37,968 bases of DNA from Octopus bimaculoides (GCF_001194135.2 NC_068990.1:31616556-31654523); one strand, 5' to 3'; counted from the stretch's first letter, positions 23,251-36,214 are shown. Translations and numbers: made by a program. Notes: generated by a model not told the origin, from the sequence alone.

Positions 23251-26134
23251 TTTACTGAATCCGATTTTGCTTCTCTTTTTTTTTTTTAAATAAATACTTC
23301 TTTACATATATGAAAGCAGGATAAAGTAGCAATGTAGCAATGGGGGGAACTTTTTCTGTTCAAAGCTGATCATTATCCCTGATCTCTCCCTCACCACTCC
23401 CGTAGTCATGTTTTGAAGCTTCCAGATATTTCATTTTTGCTTTTTATTTTTCATTTCTTTAAAACAAAAGTATCCTTTGGCACACCCATTCACGCTCACC
23501 ATTAGCTTTCATCAAAACGCAACCCACCCCTGTTCCTTGTCAGATATGACATTCAATTAATTAAGGAACCCAGCCTTACAAAATATCAATGCCAATATAG
23601 CCTGTAACGACTTTAAATAACTTGTCTTTTCACAAAGAAATTTACTCTAATTTTATCATTATTATTAGTAGTAGTAACATTGAGTGAGCGAAAACTAGGT
23701 CTTTGGATTCGCAGTTATTGTTAACTCTACTTCAGACTTCCCATTAACTACTGTCTCAGACTAAAAACTTAGTCTACTTTCTTTCTTAGAATACGAAGAA
23801 TATATCGTGAAAGATAGCTACTGTCTCAACCGATATTCCAATTTTATGTCAAGTCGAGCATGAGGAACCTTAAACTCGGCAACAAAAATATTTCGTTGTA
23901 AGGTTGATATGTTTATGCAAGAGAGTTATGAATTTGAACCGTTGGCTGGGTTGATTAAGACATTCATCACTTCGGGCTCACATCACTTGTCACAGGGGCT
24001 GAGTTTAGAAGTAGGAATGGGAGGGTGAGAAACGCATGCTATTCTCCTTTTGTTATTATCAGCTCTAAGATTAAGGGAACACAGTACAGGAAAACAACAT
24101 TTACTTTTCAAAATAGATGCATTCACGATTCATTGCCTATTGATATTGTGTTTAAGGTCAACTAATAATGTTATAAATCGCCTTTGGACGATTTCGCATA
24201 CGCGAAGGTTAGACTTCCGAGAGATTCAACATAACATACAAAACAGAAGGTTATTTTGAAAAGGAAATTGTGTGTTAAAGGAAAATAGAATTCTAGTAAA
24301 ACTTGTATCCTGACAAACTGTGCATGGTTACCTAAGACTATAGATATTTTCTTGCCTTTTATCTCTTGATGCCCTCATAAAACAGAAAAAAAAATTCATT
24401 TTTAATAAATAAGAAAACTAAAATTGTTAATTTGAAAACGCAAACAAATAATAATATTGTTATTTAATCTAAAAATGAAAACCAAATAAAATAACTTAGA
24501 AACATAAAACGATTTACAGATTTCTATTTCTTGCTATATACAGTTTTGTGTAGATGACTTGCCAGACTCATTTCCATTTCACTTTGAAATTAATCATAAT
24601 AATAACATCGGCAATACTTACCATTCTTCTCTCTATATTTCTTGTCTAAAGTTATAATATCTGAACCGTATACTATTTTCAATGGAATATTTGTTTATTT
24701 GCATCAGATTCTGAAAGTTCTTGCAAGATTTGGCATTTTCCCAGACAAGCTGCCATTGCTCATTTCTTCAAAAGGATTTGATCTTAGTTGTATAAATCAC
24801 CATACCTACCTGTCAAGATCCAATTAGTTTGGTATTCTATCACTGAGATATTTTTATTTGCTTTACCTGCCTTGTATCAGAGTAGCTTAGCAAATGACAT
24901 TGTCACAAATGAGATATGAACCTGTGATTACGAAGGGAATCCTGATTTCGCTATTTCTCTATTTAAACTAAACTTGCTAAAATGCTCTATATTCAAATGA
25001 TCTTTATTAACTCTTCCTATAGGTTTAATATTCTTCATACGAGACTGGACATCTGCTTGTCTTAAGTAGCTCCAGATAATTTATAAAATGTAGAATAAGA
25101 CAGTATTTGTAAGTCATCCTTATGCATGAGTAAAACTAGTATCATGACAAACTTTACAAATCTACTTATGACTGCAGATCTTTCTTTGGCTTTGTGTCTT
25201 AATAACTTCATAAGATAGAAAAAAATAAAGCATTTGGTCAGTCAACTAATCTGTTTGGTAAGATGACAAGGTTTCCATGGCTAATATATACTTTGTTTAC
25301 ATTATTTTATTTTGTCCCAGCAACTGACAAGACCTCTCGCTATATTCCAATTATAATTTTCAGTTTTCTAACATAAATTTGAAATAACAGTCCAAAATAA
25401 TATACAAGTCATCTTGCATTTCCTTTTCTTTCTTTATTTTTTTTATTTATTCTTGTTTGCCAATTGTTTGTTATTAAGAAATAAATTAAGTGAAAATAAT
25501 TAAATAGGAAATTAAAATATTTGAAACAGAAAGACGATCTCGTTTCAATATCTTTTACTAGAACCAACCATACGATGTGATCTTTAGTATTACAGAGTTT
25601 GTGAAAATGTTGTACAGTAGTAATATGCATGTTAAGAAGTTTATAAGGCTATCTAATGTCCTTTAATATGCTAAAACATGAGATATTGATAAGCAGGAAC
25701 AACACAAGAGAGACCAAGAACAGTAAATATGAGTCATTACAATTTTACTTATGATGCAGAGGGTTATTAAAATCTTGATGAAAATGATAAGGATGGCATT
25801 GATGATACATACATTTATAAAATTTACACTTAGTTGCTCAAACGATATTTAAATATTTTTAAAATTAGTTATTTTATGCTTGATCTACCTGCTTGTTATT
25901 ATTGTAATCATTCGTTTTTGTTTTCTTAGAAATAACATCTGTAATAACTTTTTCACACAATTAGTTGAAGAATTCTGATTTCAAACTAATTATTTCATAA
26001 TAGTCATCAACGTGAATATTTTCTGTTATAAATAAGCATATTGTAAAAAAAAAAAAACAAACTTAAAGTATATAAGCAACAACTTAAAGGTGTTAACTTT
26101 ATTAACGCTATTGAACAGGATATTTATAAAGAAT

Positions 26135-26217
26135 ATGTATGTATGTATGTATGTATGTATGCATGTATGCATGTGTATGTATCTCAGTATGTTAATATGT
26201 ATGTATATATACACACA

Positions 26218-26303
<86 letters not shown>

Positions 26304-26371
26304 NNNNNNNNNNNNNNNNNNNNNNNNNNNNNNNNNNNNNNNNNNNNNNNNNNNNNNNNNNNNNNNNNNNN

Positions 26372-26410
<39 letters not shown>

Positions 26411-26455
26411 CACACACACACATAAATATATACACATATATATAGATATGTACAT

Positions 26456-26488
<33 letters not shown>

Positions 26489-26490
26489 CG
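26135..26490. repeat. Compound (TATG)/(CA)/(TA) microsatellite spanning gap 26304-26370
   Basis: Directly visible. Confidence 0.95.
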
Positions 26491-26759
26491 TGTGTGTGTT
26501 TGTATGTACTTCTATTTACAAACACACATACACACACGTACACATATACATATATTCTTTGATTAATAAGAAGAAGAAAAAATAAGAAAATAATTTCTTG
26601 GTGATAATTTTCAACTAGAAATATCACTGGGTAGGTTTCCCATGTTTTATATACTATTTTCATCATGCACATGCTAAAATATATTGATAAATTGAAATAC
26701 TTTGAAATGTTATAAAACTGAAAATATAAAATTTAATAACCTTATGTGAGTGTATGCAT

Positions 26760-26799
26760 GTTTGTGTGTGTGTGTCGTGTGTGTGTGTGTGTGTATGTG

Positions 26800-26854
<55 letters not shown>
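26760..26854. repeat. Imperfect (TG)n microsatellite
   Basis: Directly visible. Confidence 0.95.
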
Positions 26855-26857
<3 letters not shown>

Positions 26858-28127
26858 GCCAAAGGAAAACCTCTCTAATTATTTATTTACATGGAAAGGA
26901 AAAAAAAATTTTACATTTCTTGAAATAAAATTTTTCTATGAACAAACATAAAAAAACTTCAAATAATGAATTGTCTATATAAACAAGATACCAAAAAAAC
27001 ATTTTTTTTTTTAAAGAAGAAAATTAACACAATTAGAGTGGATAAGTGGAAATATTAAATAACAAAATACAGTGATAAAATAGAATAACAAGGAATTTGA
27101 GGAATTAAAAAAAAAAAAAGCGATGTATGAGAAAGAGTGAAAGGAAAAGAGGCAGGAGAGAAAGAGAAACAGAAAAAGTGGGGGAGATATATATATTTAG
27201 AGAGAAGGGGGGAGAGAGGCAGAGAGTCCTAAAAGTAGAAGGATGCAAAACGATATTTGAAATAAAGGAAAAAAAAGATAAAGGTTAGATTTTTATAGAA
27301 TCTCGTACTTTTATACACCACACTGTCTCTTTATCCCCTTCACATTATATATAACACGCCTATTTACGTGCGTACATATCAAACACATACACACACATTC
27401 ACGCACACACATATACACAAAGAGAGAGAGGGAGAGGGAGGGAGTGAGTGCAACGAAGTGGAGTAGACGAAGTAGACGGCAAGTGAAAGTGTGATCAAGT
27501 TTTCATTTCACATGGAAGACAGTTTTACTTTATATCTCTAATGGATTTAGGGGATACATAAAATTCACAATGGCTATAATATCTGTTCTTAAAAATCTTT
27601 GGGTTCTTCATGTTTACCTGGAGATAGAGATCTTGTACAAAAACAAACGTTTAGACCAAATATACATGTGGGTGTATATATATATATATATATATATNNN
27701 NNNNNNNNNNNNNNNNNNNNNNNNNNNNNNNNNNNNNNNNNNNNNNNNNNNNNNNNNNNNNNNNNNNNNNNNNNNNNNNNNNNNNNNNNNNNNNNNNNNN
27801 NNNNNNNNNNNNNNNNNNNNNNNNNNNNNNNNNNNNNNNNNNNNNNNNNNNNNNNNNNNNNNNNNNNNNNNNNNNNNNNNNNNNNNNNNNNNNNNNNNNN
27901 NNNNNNNNNNNNNNNNNNNNNNNNNNNNNNNNNNNNNNNNNNNNNNNNNNNNNNNNNNNNNNNNNNNNNNNNNNNNNNNNNNNNNNNNNNNNNNNNNNNN
28001 NNNNNNNNNNNNNNNNNNNNNNNNNNNNNNNNNNNNNNNNNNNNNNNNNNNNNNNNNNNNNNNNNNNNNNNNNNNNNNNNNNNNNNNNNNNNNNNNNNNN
28101 NNNNAAAAAAAAAAACAAATCCCTAAG

Positions 28128-28405
28128 TTATTCCATGTTAAAGTTGTCGTATTTCTGTAATTTCAACCAATCACTGACGTCCATTCAGCCGATATACATT
28201 AAGTGACGACTACATAAACAAACGATTCTGAAACAATTCTATCGGTGATAGGGTTAGGGTTAGGGTAAAACAGCAAATTTAAAAAGAAAAAAGCAAATAA
28301 AACGAAGCTATGGCTTAATCAGCCAAAGAAGTAAATATAAACAACTAAATACTTGTCAGTGATTGGTTGAAATTATCGAAATAAGATAATTTTTACATGA
28401 AATAA
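28128..28405. mobile_element. Fold-back (MITE-like) element with 51-bp TIRs and an internal telomeric-type repeat
   Basis: Arms 28128-28178 and 28355-28405 match at 44 of 51 positions, the inner 21 bp perfectly. TAGGGTTAGGGTTAGGGT at 28249-28266. No TSD identified. Confidence 0.75.
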
Positions 28406-28870
28406 ATTCGAATACAAAAATATTTTTCTGTTCTGTAACACAAAATAGATAAGTATACGAAGTTTGAAAGTCTTTCGGTACCAAAAACACTACGTAAAAC
28501 ATTAATGAAAAGTGTGGCCCCCGTTTTAAAAAATATCCAAGCCTTGTAATGCTTCACATTAAAAGATTATCTACTAAACAATACTAATAAAGTTGACGGT
28601 ATATCTTCGAAGTTTCATTCCCTGGTAAGACTCCATGTATTTTAAACATTTTCTCATAAAGATTGTTCAGGCTGAGTTGCCTCCCTTAGCTAAAGACCTC
28701 AAAATTGTGTGACACGACCTCGTTTTCGAGGTTATTTTTGTAGTAAGAGTTGTTGTGCAAAAACCATACTTTATTTGGTAGCCGAAAGATTACTGAATCG
28801 TTTGATACCTCGTAAGTCAAAATCTCACTTTTCGAATCCATAAGGAACATACGCACACATACAAACTCTG

Positions 28871-28913
<43 letters not shown>

Positions 28914-28950
28914 GTGTGTGTGTGTGTGCGTGTTTGTGTGTGTGTTTGTG

Positions 28951-29150
28951 TGTGTTTGCCCCGTCACCATCGCTTGACAACCGAAGTTGGTGTGTTCACG
29001 TTCCTGTAACTTAGCAGTTCGGCCAAAGTGACCGATAGAATAAGTACTAGGCTTACAAAGAATAAGTTCTAGGGTCGATTTGTTCGACTAAAGGCAGTGC
29101 TCCAGCATGGCCGCAGTCAAATGATAGAAGCAAATAAAAGAGTAAAAGAG
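28951..29150 (+). mobile_element. SINE family 2 3' module without its head
   Basis: CGCTTGACAACCG...AATAAGTACTAGGCTTACAAAGAATAAG...CAGCATGGCCGCAGTCAAATGA...AAAAGAG, preceded by (TA)n(TG)n but no CORE head. Confidence 0.85.
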
Positions 29151-29164
29151 TATATACATATATA

Positions 29165-29761
29165 TATATAAGGGCATTACTATACATGAATGCCTCACGC
29201 AGAGAGGGACTCTAAGGTCAAACTACCATAATAAACACATTTTTACCGAACGCGAGGAAATGCAACTCTCAAAGCTAGCCCCTTAAAAACAGACTAGACT
29301 ATAGATCATGATTTCGTAGTTATTACAGTAATATGCAACTTCTACTCACCAGTATAGTATGGTCAAGACACATAAAAATAAATAAAAAAATCAACATACC
29401 AGACGAACATCTCATGTATTCAGCATAGTACCTAGAAAATTGTTTATCTCTATATATCTATGTAAGAGGCGGGATTTTTTGAATTGCATCTCGGTACATG
29501 TGTTTGTTTTTTTTTTCAGAATAAATTCAGCACCGAATATATTCTGGTTATGTATTTAATTAATTCAATAATAGGATAAAGTCTTTTATGAGAATTTATC
29601 ATGTAGCTAGCGTGAAAAAACCTCATAAGGGAAAATTCCATCGTTTATTCCCCAAAATACATCTATTTATATAAGGGCATTACTATACATGAATGCCTCA
29701 CGCTAAGAGGCATTCATGTGTAGTAATGCCTTTATATAAATAAATATATTTTGGGGAATAA
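29165..29761. repeat. Unclassified repeat: 36-bp direct repeat plus a 55-bp-arm palindrome
   Basis: TATATAAGGGCATTACTATACATGAATGCCTCACGC is identical at 29165-29200 and 29668-29703. Palindrome arms 29645-29699 and 29707-29761 match at 51 of 55, with a 7-nt loop. Confidence 0.8.
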
Positions 29762-29910
29762 GTTCAATTAAACTTATAAGTTCAATTAAAGGTTAAATAC
29801 CTCATTACGGGATAATGTGTGCGTGTGGTTTATGACCTATTATTAATATTGAATACTATATCTAATATTCAACCATAAAGTAATTAGATAAACCGAGGTT
29901 TATATTTATC

Positions 29911-30258
29911 TAAGAAAAATAAGAAAATAGAGATAAATCAGTCAATAATTATTTATCAATTACAAAAATAGACATACTCTCTGCTTCGATTCAAACTTTA
30001 AATATTGATTAGAATGATTAAAGCATTATAAAGTGTACGGAGCGTATCAGTTGATACGCTCCGTACACTTAACATACAAAAATATAAAAATGTAATGGTA
30101 TGCCTTTTTCTAACTCCGACGAGATTCAACTTAATAACGTTTTAAGTATTCTAATTGATATCTAAAGTTTGAATCGAAACAGCTGTCAGAGATTATGTCA
30201 ATTTTTGTAATTAATAAATAATTATCAATTAATTTATCTCTATTTTCTTATGTTCTTA
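29911..30258. mobile_element. MITE-like fold-back element with ~120-bp TIRs and a perfect internal 19-bp palindrome
   Basis: Arms ~29911-30029 and ~30135-30258 begin TAAGAA and end TTCTTA (possible TA TSD). AAGTGTACGGAGCGTATCA-GT-TGATACGCTCCGTACACTT at 30031-30070. Confidence 0.85.
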
Positions 30259-30265
30259 TTCTCTT

Positions 30266-30332
<67 letters not shown>

Positions 30333-30657
30333 ATACATGTATGTATGTGTGTATGTATGAATGAAATGAAGTCAAACCATATAGTAACATGAAATTATGT
30401 AGTACGTACGTTTAAGGTTTGCGTTATATACAATAGGAAATACATCCATTACGTAAACTTTCCTCAGTTAAAGTGTTTTATGCATTTCTTTTAATTTAAA
30501 ATGCAAACCTGAAACGTACATATTAAATGATTTCAAAATATCATTATTATAGCTAATACCACTCGATGCCAGTACAAACTAGCCGGTTTTGACTCCGCTT
30601 GACGATTTGAAGTAAATAGTGATATTTGACTCGAGTTGAAAATTGTGGCGCCAAAAG

Positions 30658-30762
30658 CAAGGAGCTGGCAGAATCGTTAGAGTGTCAGGAAAAATGCTGT
30701 TCGTTATTGTTCCGGTTCTTTACAGTTTGAAATCAAATCCCACAAAATACAACTTTGACTAC
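30658..30762 (+). mobile_element. SINE family 3, head-only degenerate fragment
   Basis: GGAGCTGGCAGAATCGTTAG...AAAATGCT...TTTAC...AAATCAAATCC...CAACTTTG. Confidence 0.65.
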
Positions 30763-31285
30763 CTATATATGACTGTAAGTTTAAATATATATACACACAC
30801 ACATATATACATACATACACAAACACATATATACATACACACGCATACACACATATATGTACATACACACACATAATTATATACATTTACACACACGCAT
30901 ATATATATATAATGAAACATAAGCTGTTCCCTAAGTGCACACACACACACACACAATGGGGAACAGACTTTCGATTCTGTATGTTTCATCAGGTACATGA
31001 TTATGTGATTATGTTCAAGTTTCATCGTTTTCCCTTTAGGTTTTACGTATTTAATAAGTTTTTACAGTTGGTTTAAAATAATAGAGTTCCTAAATTCATA
31101 TTCGACGTTTCCAGACATTTTCCAGACGTTTTCAAGAAAGAAATATATATGCATTTCGTTGTTTCTTACATACTGGTTGAATTTGTATAGATTGTAATGC
31201 CAAATGTTTTTTTGACTGTTAGCTTAATACATCAGTTGTCACGTGACGATTTATTTGTTGTGGTCAAACTTTAACCATTTGTTTT

Positions 31286-31340
<55 letters not shown>

Positions 31341-31857
31341 NNNNNNNNNNNNNNNNNNNNNNNNNNNNNNNNNNNNNNNNNNNNNNNNNNNNNNNNNNNN
31401 NNNNNNNNNNNNNNNNNNNNNNNNNNNNNNNNNNNNNNNNNNNNNNNNNNNNNNNNNNNNNNNNNNNNNNNNNNNNNNNNNNNNNNNNNNNNNNNNNNNN
31501 NNNNNNNNNNNNNNNNNNNNNNNNNNNNNNNNNNNNNNNNNNNNNNNNNNNNNNNNNNNNNNNNNNNNNNNNNNNNNNNNNNNNNNNNNNNNNNNNNNNN
31601 NNNNNNNNNNNNNNNNNNNNNNNNNNNNNNNNNNNNNNNNNNNNNNNNNNNNNNNNNNNNNNNNNNNNNNNNNNNNNNNNNNNNNNNNNNNNNNNNNNNN
31701 NNNNNNNNNNNNNNNNNNNNNNNNNNNNNNNNNNNNNNNNNNNNNNNNNNNNNNNNNNNNNNNNNNNNNNNNNNNNNNNNNNNNNNNNNNNNNNNNNNNN
31801 NNNNNNNNNNNNNNNNNNNNNNTATATATATATATATATATATACATATGTATGTAT

Positions 31858-31890
<33 letters not shown>

Positions 31891-31891
31891 T

Positions 31892-32000
31892 ACATCCTTT
31901 ACTCGTTTCAGCCATTAGACTATGGTCATGCTGGAGTACTGCCATGAAGAATTTTAGCCGAATGAATTGACCCCAATACTTTTTTTAAGCCTAGTACTTC
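31892..32000 (-). mobile_element. SINE family 2 3' module fragment, truncated next to the CR1-like LINE
   Basis: TTTACTCGTTTCAGCCATTAGACTATGGTCATGCTGGAG...TTTTAAGCCTAGTACTT. Confidence 0.75.
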
Positions 32001-32024
32001 TAAAGGCTCTGTATATATATATAT

Positions 32025-33856
32025 AAATCAAAAACATCAAACAGAACTCAAAAGTGTTCTATCCTTATGCAAATAAGCATAGAACCAATGTCTCACCCAT
32101 TGGGCCATTGATCAATGATAATGGCATTCCCCGACACGATGCTAAAGAAATGGCAGAAATACTGCAGAAACAATACTGCTCTGTCTTTAGTGATCCCACT
32201 GATATTGACGTAAGAGAAGCGAACGAAGTTGATTCCCAACATAACATCTCGGACATAACCTTCACTGCCTCAAACATCATAGCAGCAATAAATGAGGTCA
32301 AATACTATTCTGCTGTAGGTCCTGATAGATTCCCCGCTAGTCTCCTGAAGGAATGTAAACACCAACTTGCAGTCCCTCTGACCAACCTCTGGAGAAATTC
32401 TTTAGACTCAGGTTATATACCGAAACAGCCCCCAACCCAGTCTGTTATCCCGGTTTTCAAACAGGGAAACAGATCCCTTACAGTCAACTATCACCCAATT
32501 TCACTCACCTCCCACATCATTAAAGTGCTTGAAAGAGTGGTAAGATCAAGGATAACTGGTTTCCTGAAGATCAGCAAACTTCTAAATGCAAATCAGCATG
32601 ACTTTCGCTGTGGCAGGGATTGTCTAACACAGCTCTTACACCACATTGAGGATACACTTAAAGCCTTGGGAACAGTTCGAACTCTGATGTCATATATCTT
32701 GTCTTCAGTAAAGCGTTCGACAGGGTTGACCATAATATCTTCCTCTCAAAATTGGCAAATGCTGGAATCTGTGGAAAGCTTCGACACTGGATTGAGTATT
32801 TCCTGGCAAATAGAACACAACATGTTGTGGTCGATGGAGTCCACTCAAGCCCAGAAAAAGTTACCAATGGGATTGTCTTGGGCCCGCTCCTCTTTATAAT
32901 CTACATAAACGACTTTTTTCAGCATCGTAAATCACTGCAAAGTGAAAATATTTTCTGATGACACTAAGCTCCAGCACATCATCAATGAAGAAGACCAAAC
33001 TCAACTTCAGTCTGATCTATATGCGGTGAGTCAATGGGTAGACAAAAACAAAATGCAACTAAACGAGGGAAAATTTGACCTGATGCATTTTGGAAGAAAG
33101 ACTATACTAAAACAGCCATACTCTCTTCCTTCAGGGGAACCGCACACAGCATCTAATAATATCAGAGACCTAGGTGTAATTGTTAATAACAATCTCAGTT
33201 GGAGTGCCCACATCAACAATAAGGTCGATATAGCTCGTAGGATGAGCTCCTGCATCTTAAGAACAAAATGTCATCATTCCACTTTTCTCCTCCTTTGTAC
33301 GGCCACGCCTCGAATACTGCTGCCCCTGTGGTCTCCCCATACAAAACAAAACATCTCGAAAATTGAATCACCCCAGAGTGCACTCACTAAACGAATTGAT
33401 GGCATGACTGATCTCGATTACTGGGACCGCCTTAAAGCTTTGAAACTCTACTCTCTCCAGCGCCGCTGCGAGCGGTACACCATTTTCACAATGTGAAGAA
33501 TATACTGCCAGCATTCCCCAAACGACCTGAACATTAGCTTCAAGGTTCATCCAAGGCTGGGACCACGGGCCATAAGTCCCCTGCCCAGTTCAGGATCACA
33601 ACATATAGGTACACTGCGACACAACTTCTTTTCCTCAACAGGCCTTGCCCTGTTTAACATTGTCCCAAAACTGATCAAAGAGTAAAAGGATCCCATCACC
33701 TTTAAACAGAGTCTGGACAAATTTCTTCAAGGAATACCAGATAATCCACCCATATCTGGATATAACTCACTCAACAAGAACTCACTACATGAAAGGACCA
33801 TATTACTACAAAACTTGACTTAAAAAGGATTTAGATAATCCTATCAGGTGGTGCTA
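32025..33856 (+). mobile_element. 5'-truncated CR1-like LINE, RT pseudogene; 3' end runs into a gap
   Basis: AVGPDRFPASLLKEC, NYHPISLTSHIIKVLER, NQHDFRCGRDCLTQLL, YLVFSKAFDRVDH, GIVLGPLLFIIYIND, KIFSDDTKL, QWVDKNKMQLNEGK, LKLYSLQRRCERY; several frameshifts. Confidence 0.92.
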
Positions 33857-34519
33857 NNNNNNNNNNNNNNNNNNNNNNNNNNNNNNNNNNNNNNNNNNNN
33901 NNNNNNNNNNNNNNNNNNNNNNNNNNNNNNNNNNNNNNNNNNNNNNNNNNNNNNNNNNNNNNNNNNNNNNNNNNNNNNNNNNNNNNNNNNNNNNNNNNNN
34001 NNNNNNNNNNNNNNNNNNNNNNNNNNNNNNNNNNNNNNNNNNNNNNNNNNNNNNNNNNNNNNNNNNNNNNNNNNNNNNNNNNNNNNNNNNNNNNNNNNNN
34101 NNNNNNNNNNNNNNNNNNNNNNNNNNNNNNNNNNNNNNNNNNNNNNNNNNNNNNNNNNNNNNNNNNNNNNNNNNNNNNNNNNNNNNNNNNNNNNNNNNNN
34201 NNNNNNNNNNNNNNNNNNNNACAAGTGAATTATTTGCTTATCTATTCTTTGAGTTAGCGTGTTAAGTGGTTAAATATTCTACAGACGCGTGTTGACGTAA
34301 TATTCAGACAAGTTTCGCTTTCTCTTGATATGTAACAACGCTGGACTTTTGAATTAAAAGTGTAATGCATCCGACGGAAGTCTTACACATAGTGGCATGA
34401 GGCTTGGGCTGACGGGAGACTGTGGTTAGAGATATTTATTCAAATCACACAGTCGCATCTTGACAAAGGTCTTTCACGTTAAAGAAGTTACCAGAAACTA
34501 AACTCTCAAATATGTGTGC

Positions 34520-34569
<50 letters not shown>

Positions 34570-34694
34570 AAAGAGAAAGTGATAGAGAGAAAGAGAGAGA
34601 GGGGGAGCTTTTACATATGTAAAGAACATGACATTTACTGAGTAAAGGATTCAATTACAAGTGTAAATCTTCAGGTTTATTATAATTTTATTAA

Positions 34695-34830
34695 CCTGCT
34701 TCCCAACTAGATAGTACTGCGTTCAGTCCCACTGCATTGCACTTTTGGAAAGTGTCTTCTACTATAGCTTCAGGCCGACCAAATCTTTGTGAGCGGGTTT
34801 GTCAGACAGAAACTGAAGTCCGTTGGACTC
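34695..34830 (+). mobile_element. SINE family 2 CORE-type head fragment
   Basis: GCGTTCAGTCCCACTGC...AAAGTGTCTTCTACTATAGC.TCAGGCCGACCAAA..TTGTGAG...AGACAGAAACTGAAG. Confidence 0.75.
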
Positions 34831-34888
34831 AGCATTTAGAATGAAATAAATGTATAAGTTACATGCAAGTGACACAAGAGAATGAGAT

Positions 34889-35204
34889 CTTACATTACAT
34901 TGCATATCACGTAGTCTGGCTGACCGTTGGGGCATCATTAATGACATTGCGACCAGATACACCAACCCGTCTCTGTCTTCTGCCTCTCGCACTGCCTCTC
35001 TCATCTTTGGGTTTGTCCACTTACAGATGTTGTATTACCACTTCTTCCTCGGTCTGCCTCTGCGCCTGCCACCCCCGACTATTCCCTGAAGGATTATTTT
35101 GGTTATCTCTAATGAGCGGGTAACATGCCCAAACCACCTAAGCTTGCGGTTCTTTATTGTGGTGAGAAGTTCTTCATAGGGCCCAATTGACTGCCTTATC
35201 CCTC
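34889..35204 (-). mobile_element. RTE-clade LINE 3' end
   Basis: Minus strand, across small indels: IGPYEELLTTIKNRKLRWFGHV...ILQGIVGGGRRRGRPRKKW...AEDRDG...MPQRSARLRD, followed by a short (TGTAA)n tail. Confidence 0.85.
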
Positions 35205-35469
35205 TTTTTTACTTCTTCATTTGTGACACGAAAGGGAACTTAGAGGTATACAATAAGAGGTAACAGGTTGACAGGTGGGTGTCAGCACATTTCATTTCAA
35301 AATGCACAAAGACGGAGAGAACGATATATTCATGTCCATATAAATACCGGTACATTACTACACATCACAGACATACACACAGAGGTGCACAGACATGCTT
35401 ATACCTACGCATACTCATAATACACAGCGATCCCTGTTGATATATGTACATGTCTTTTATCTTCCCTCT

Positions 35470-35545
35470 GTCGTTTCTTTCGGTATTAGACTGTGACCAT
35501 GCAAGGACACCGCCTTGGAGAATCTTTTAGTCGAATGAATACATG
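35470..35545 (-). mobile_element. SINE family 2 3' module fragment
   Basis: ATTAGACTGTGACCATGCAAGGACACCGCCTTG...TTTTAGTCGAATGAAT. Confidence 0.6.
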
Positions 35546-35784
35546 TATTGTGACCTTTAAATAAATAATATATATANNNNNNNNNNNNNNNNNNNNNNNN
35601 NNNNNNNNNNNNNNNNNNNNNNNNNNNNNNNNNNNNNNNNNNNNNNNNNNNNNNNNNNNNNNNNNNNNNNNNNNNNNNNNNNNNNNNNNNNNNNNNNNNN
35701 NNNNNNNNNNNNNNNNNNNNNNNNNNNNNNNNNNNNNNNNNNNNNNNNNNNNNNNNNNNNNNNNNNNNNNNNNNNNNNNNNNNN

Positions 35785-35832
<48 letters not shown>

Positions 35833-35979
35833 TGTGTATGTATGTATATATATGTATATATATATATACATATATATACATATATACATATATATATATA
35901 TACATATATATATAATCATGTGTGTGTGTGTATAGGTATATATGTATATATATATATATATTATAAAATTATATATATA

Positions 35980-36030
<51 letters not shown>
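35785..36030. repeat. Compound (TG)/(TA) microsatellite
   Basis: Directly visible after gap 35577-35784. Confidence 0.95.
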
Positions 36031-36034
<4 letters not shown>

Positions 36035-36214
36035 ATGTATAACTCTAGACAGCTAAGGACATTGAAAGTGACCAAAATCGACAAAACTTGAGTTAAAGCT
36101 ACGTTACATCTACCCTGATCATTGTCAACTTCCTTTGATTTTCAACTGTATCAACTTGTTAAAAAAATACATTTAAATGCATTTAACTCCAACGATACAT
36201 AATGTGAGCGATTA

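Noticed and set aside
27400-27700. GA-rich tract followed by short ORFs, as a possible promoter or first exon
   Set aside because: No recognisable protein, no convincing splice pair, and the sequence runs into a gap.
28690-28880. Possible Helitron/HINE-like tail with the hairpin ACCTCG-TTTT-CGAGGT
   Set aside because: Only a 6-bp stem; no matching 5' terminus or second copy was found.
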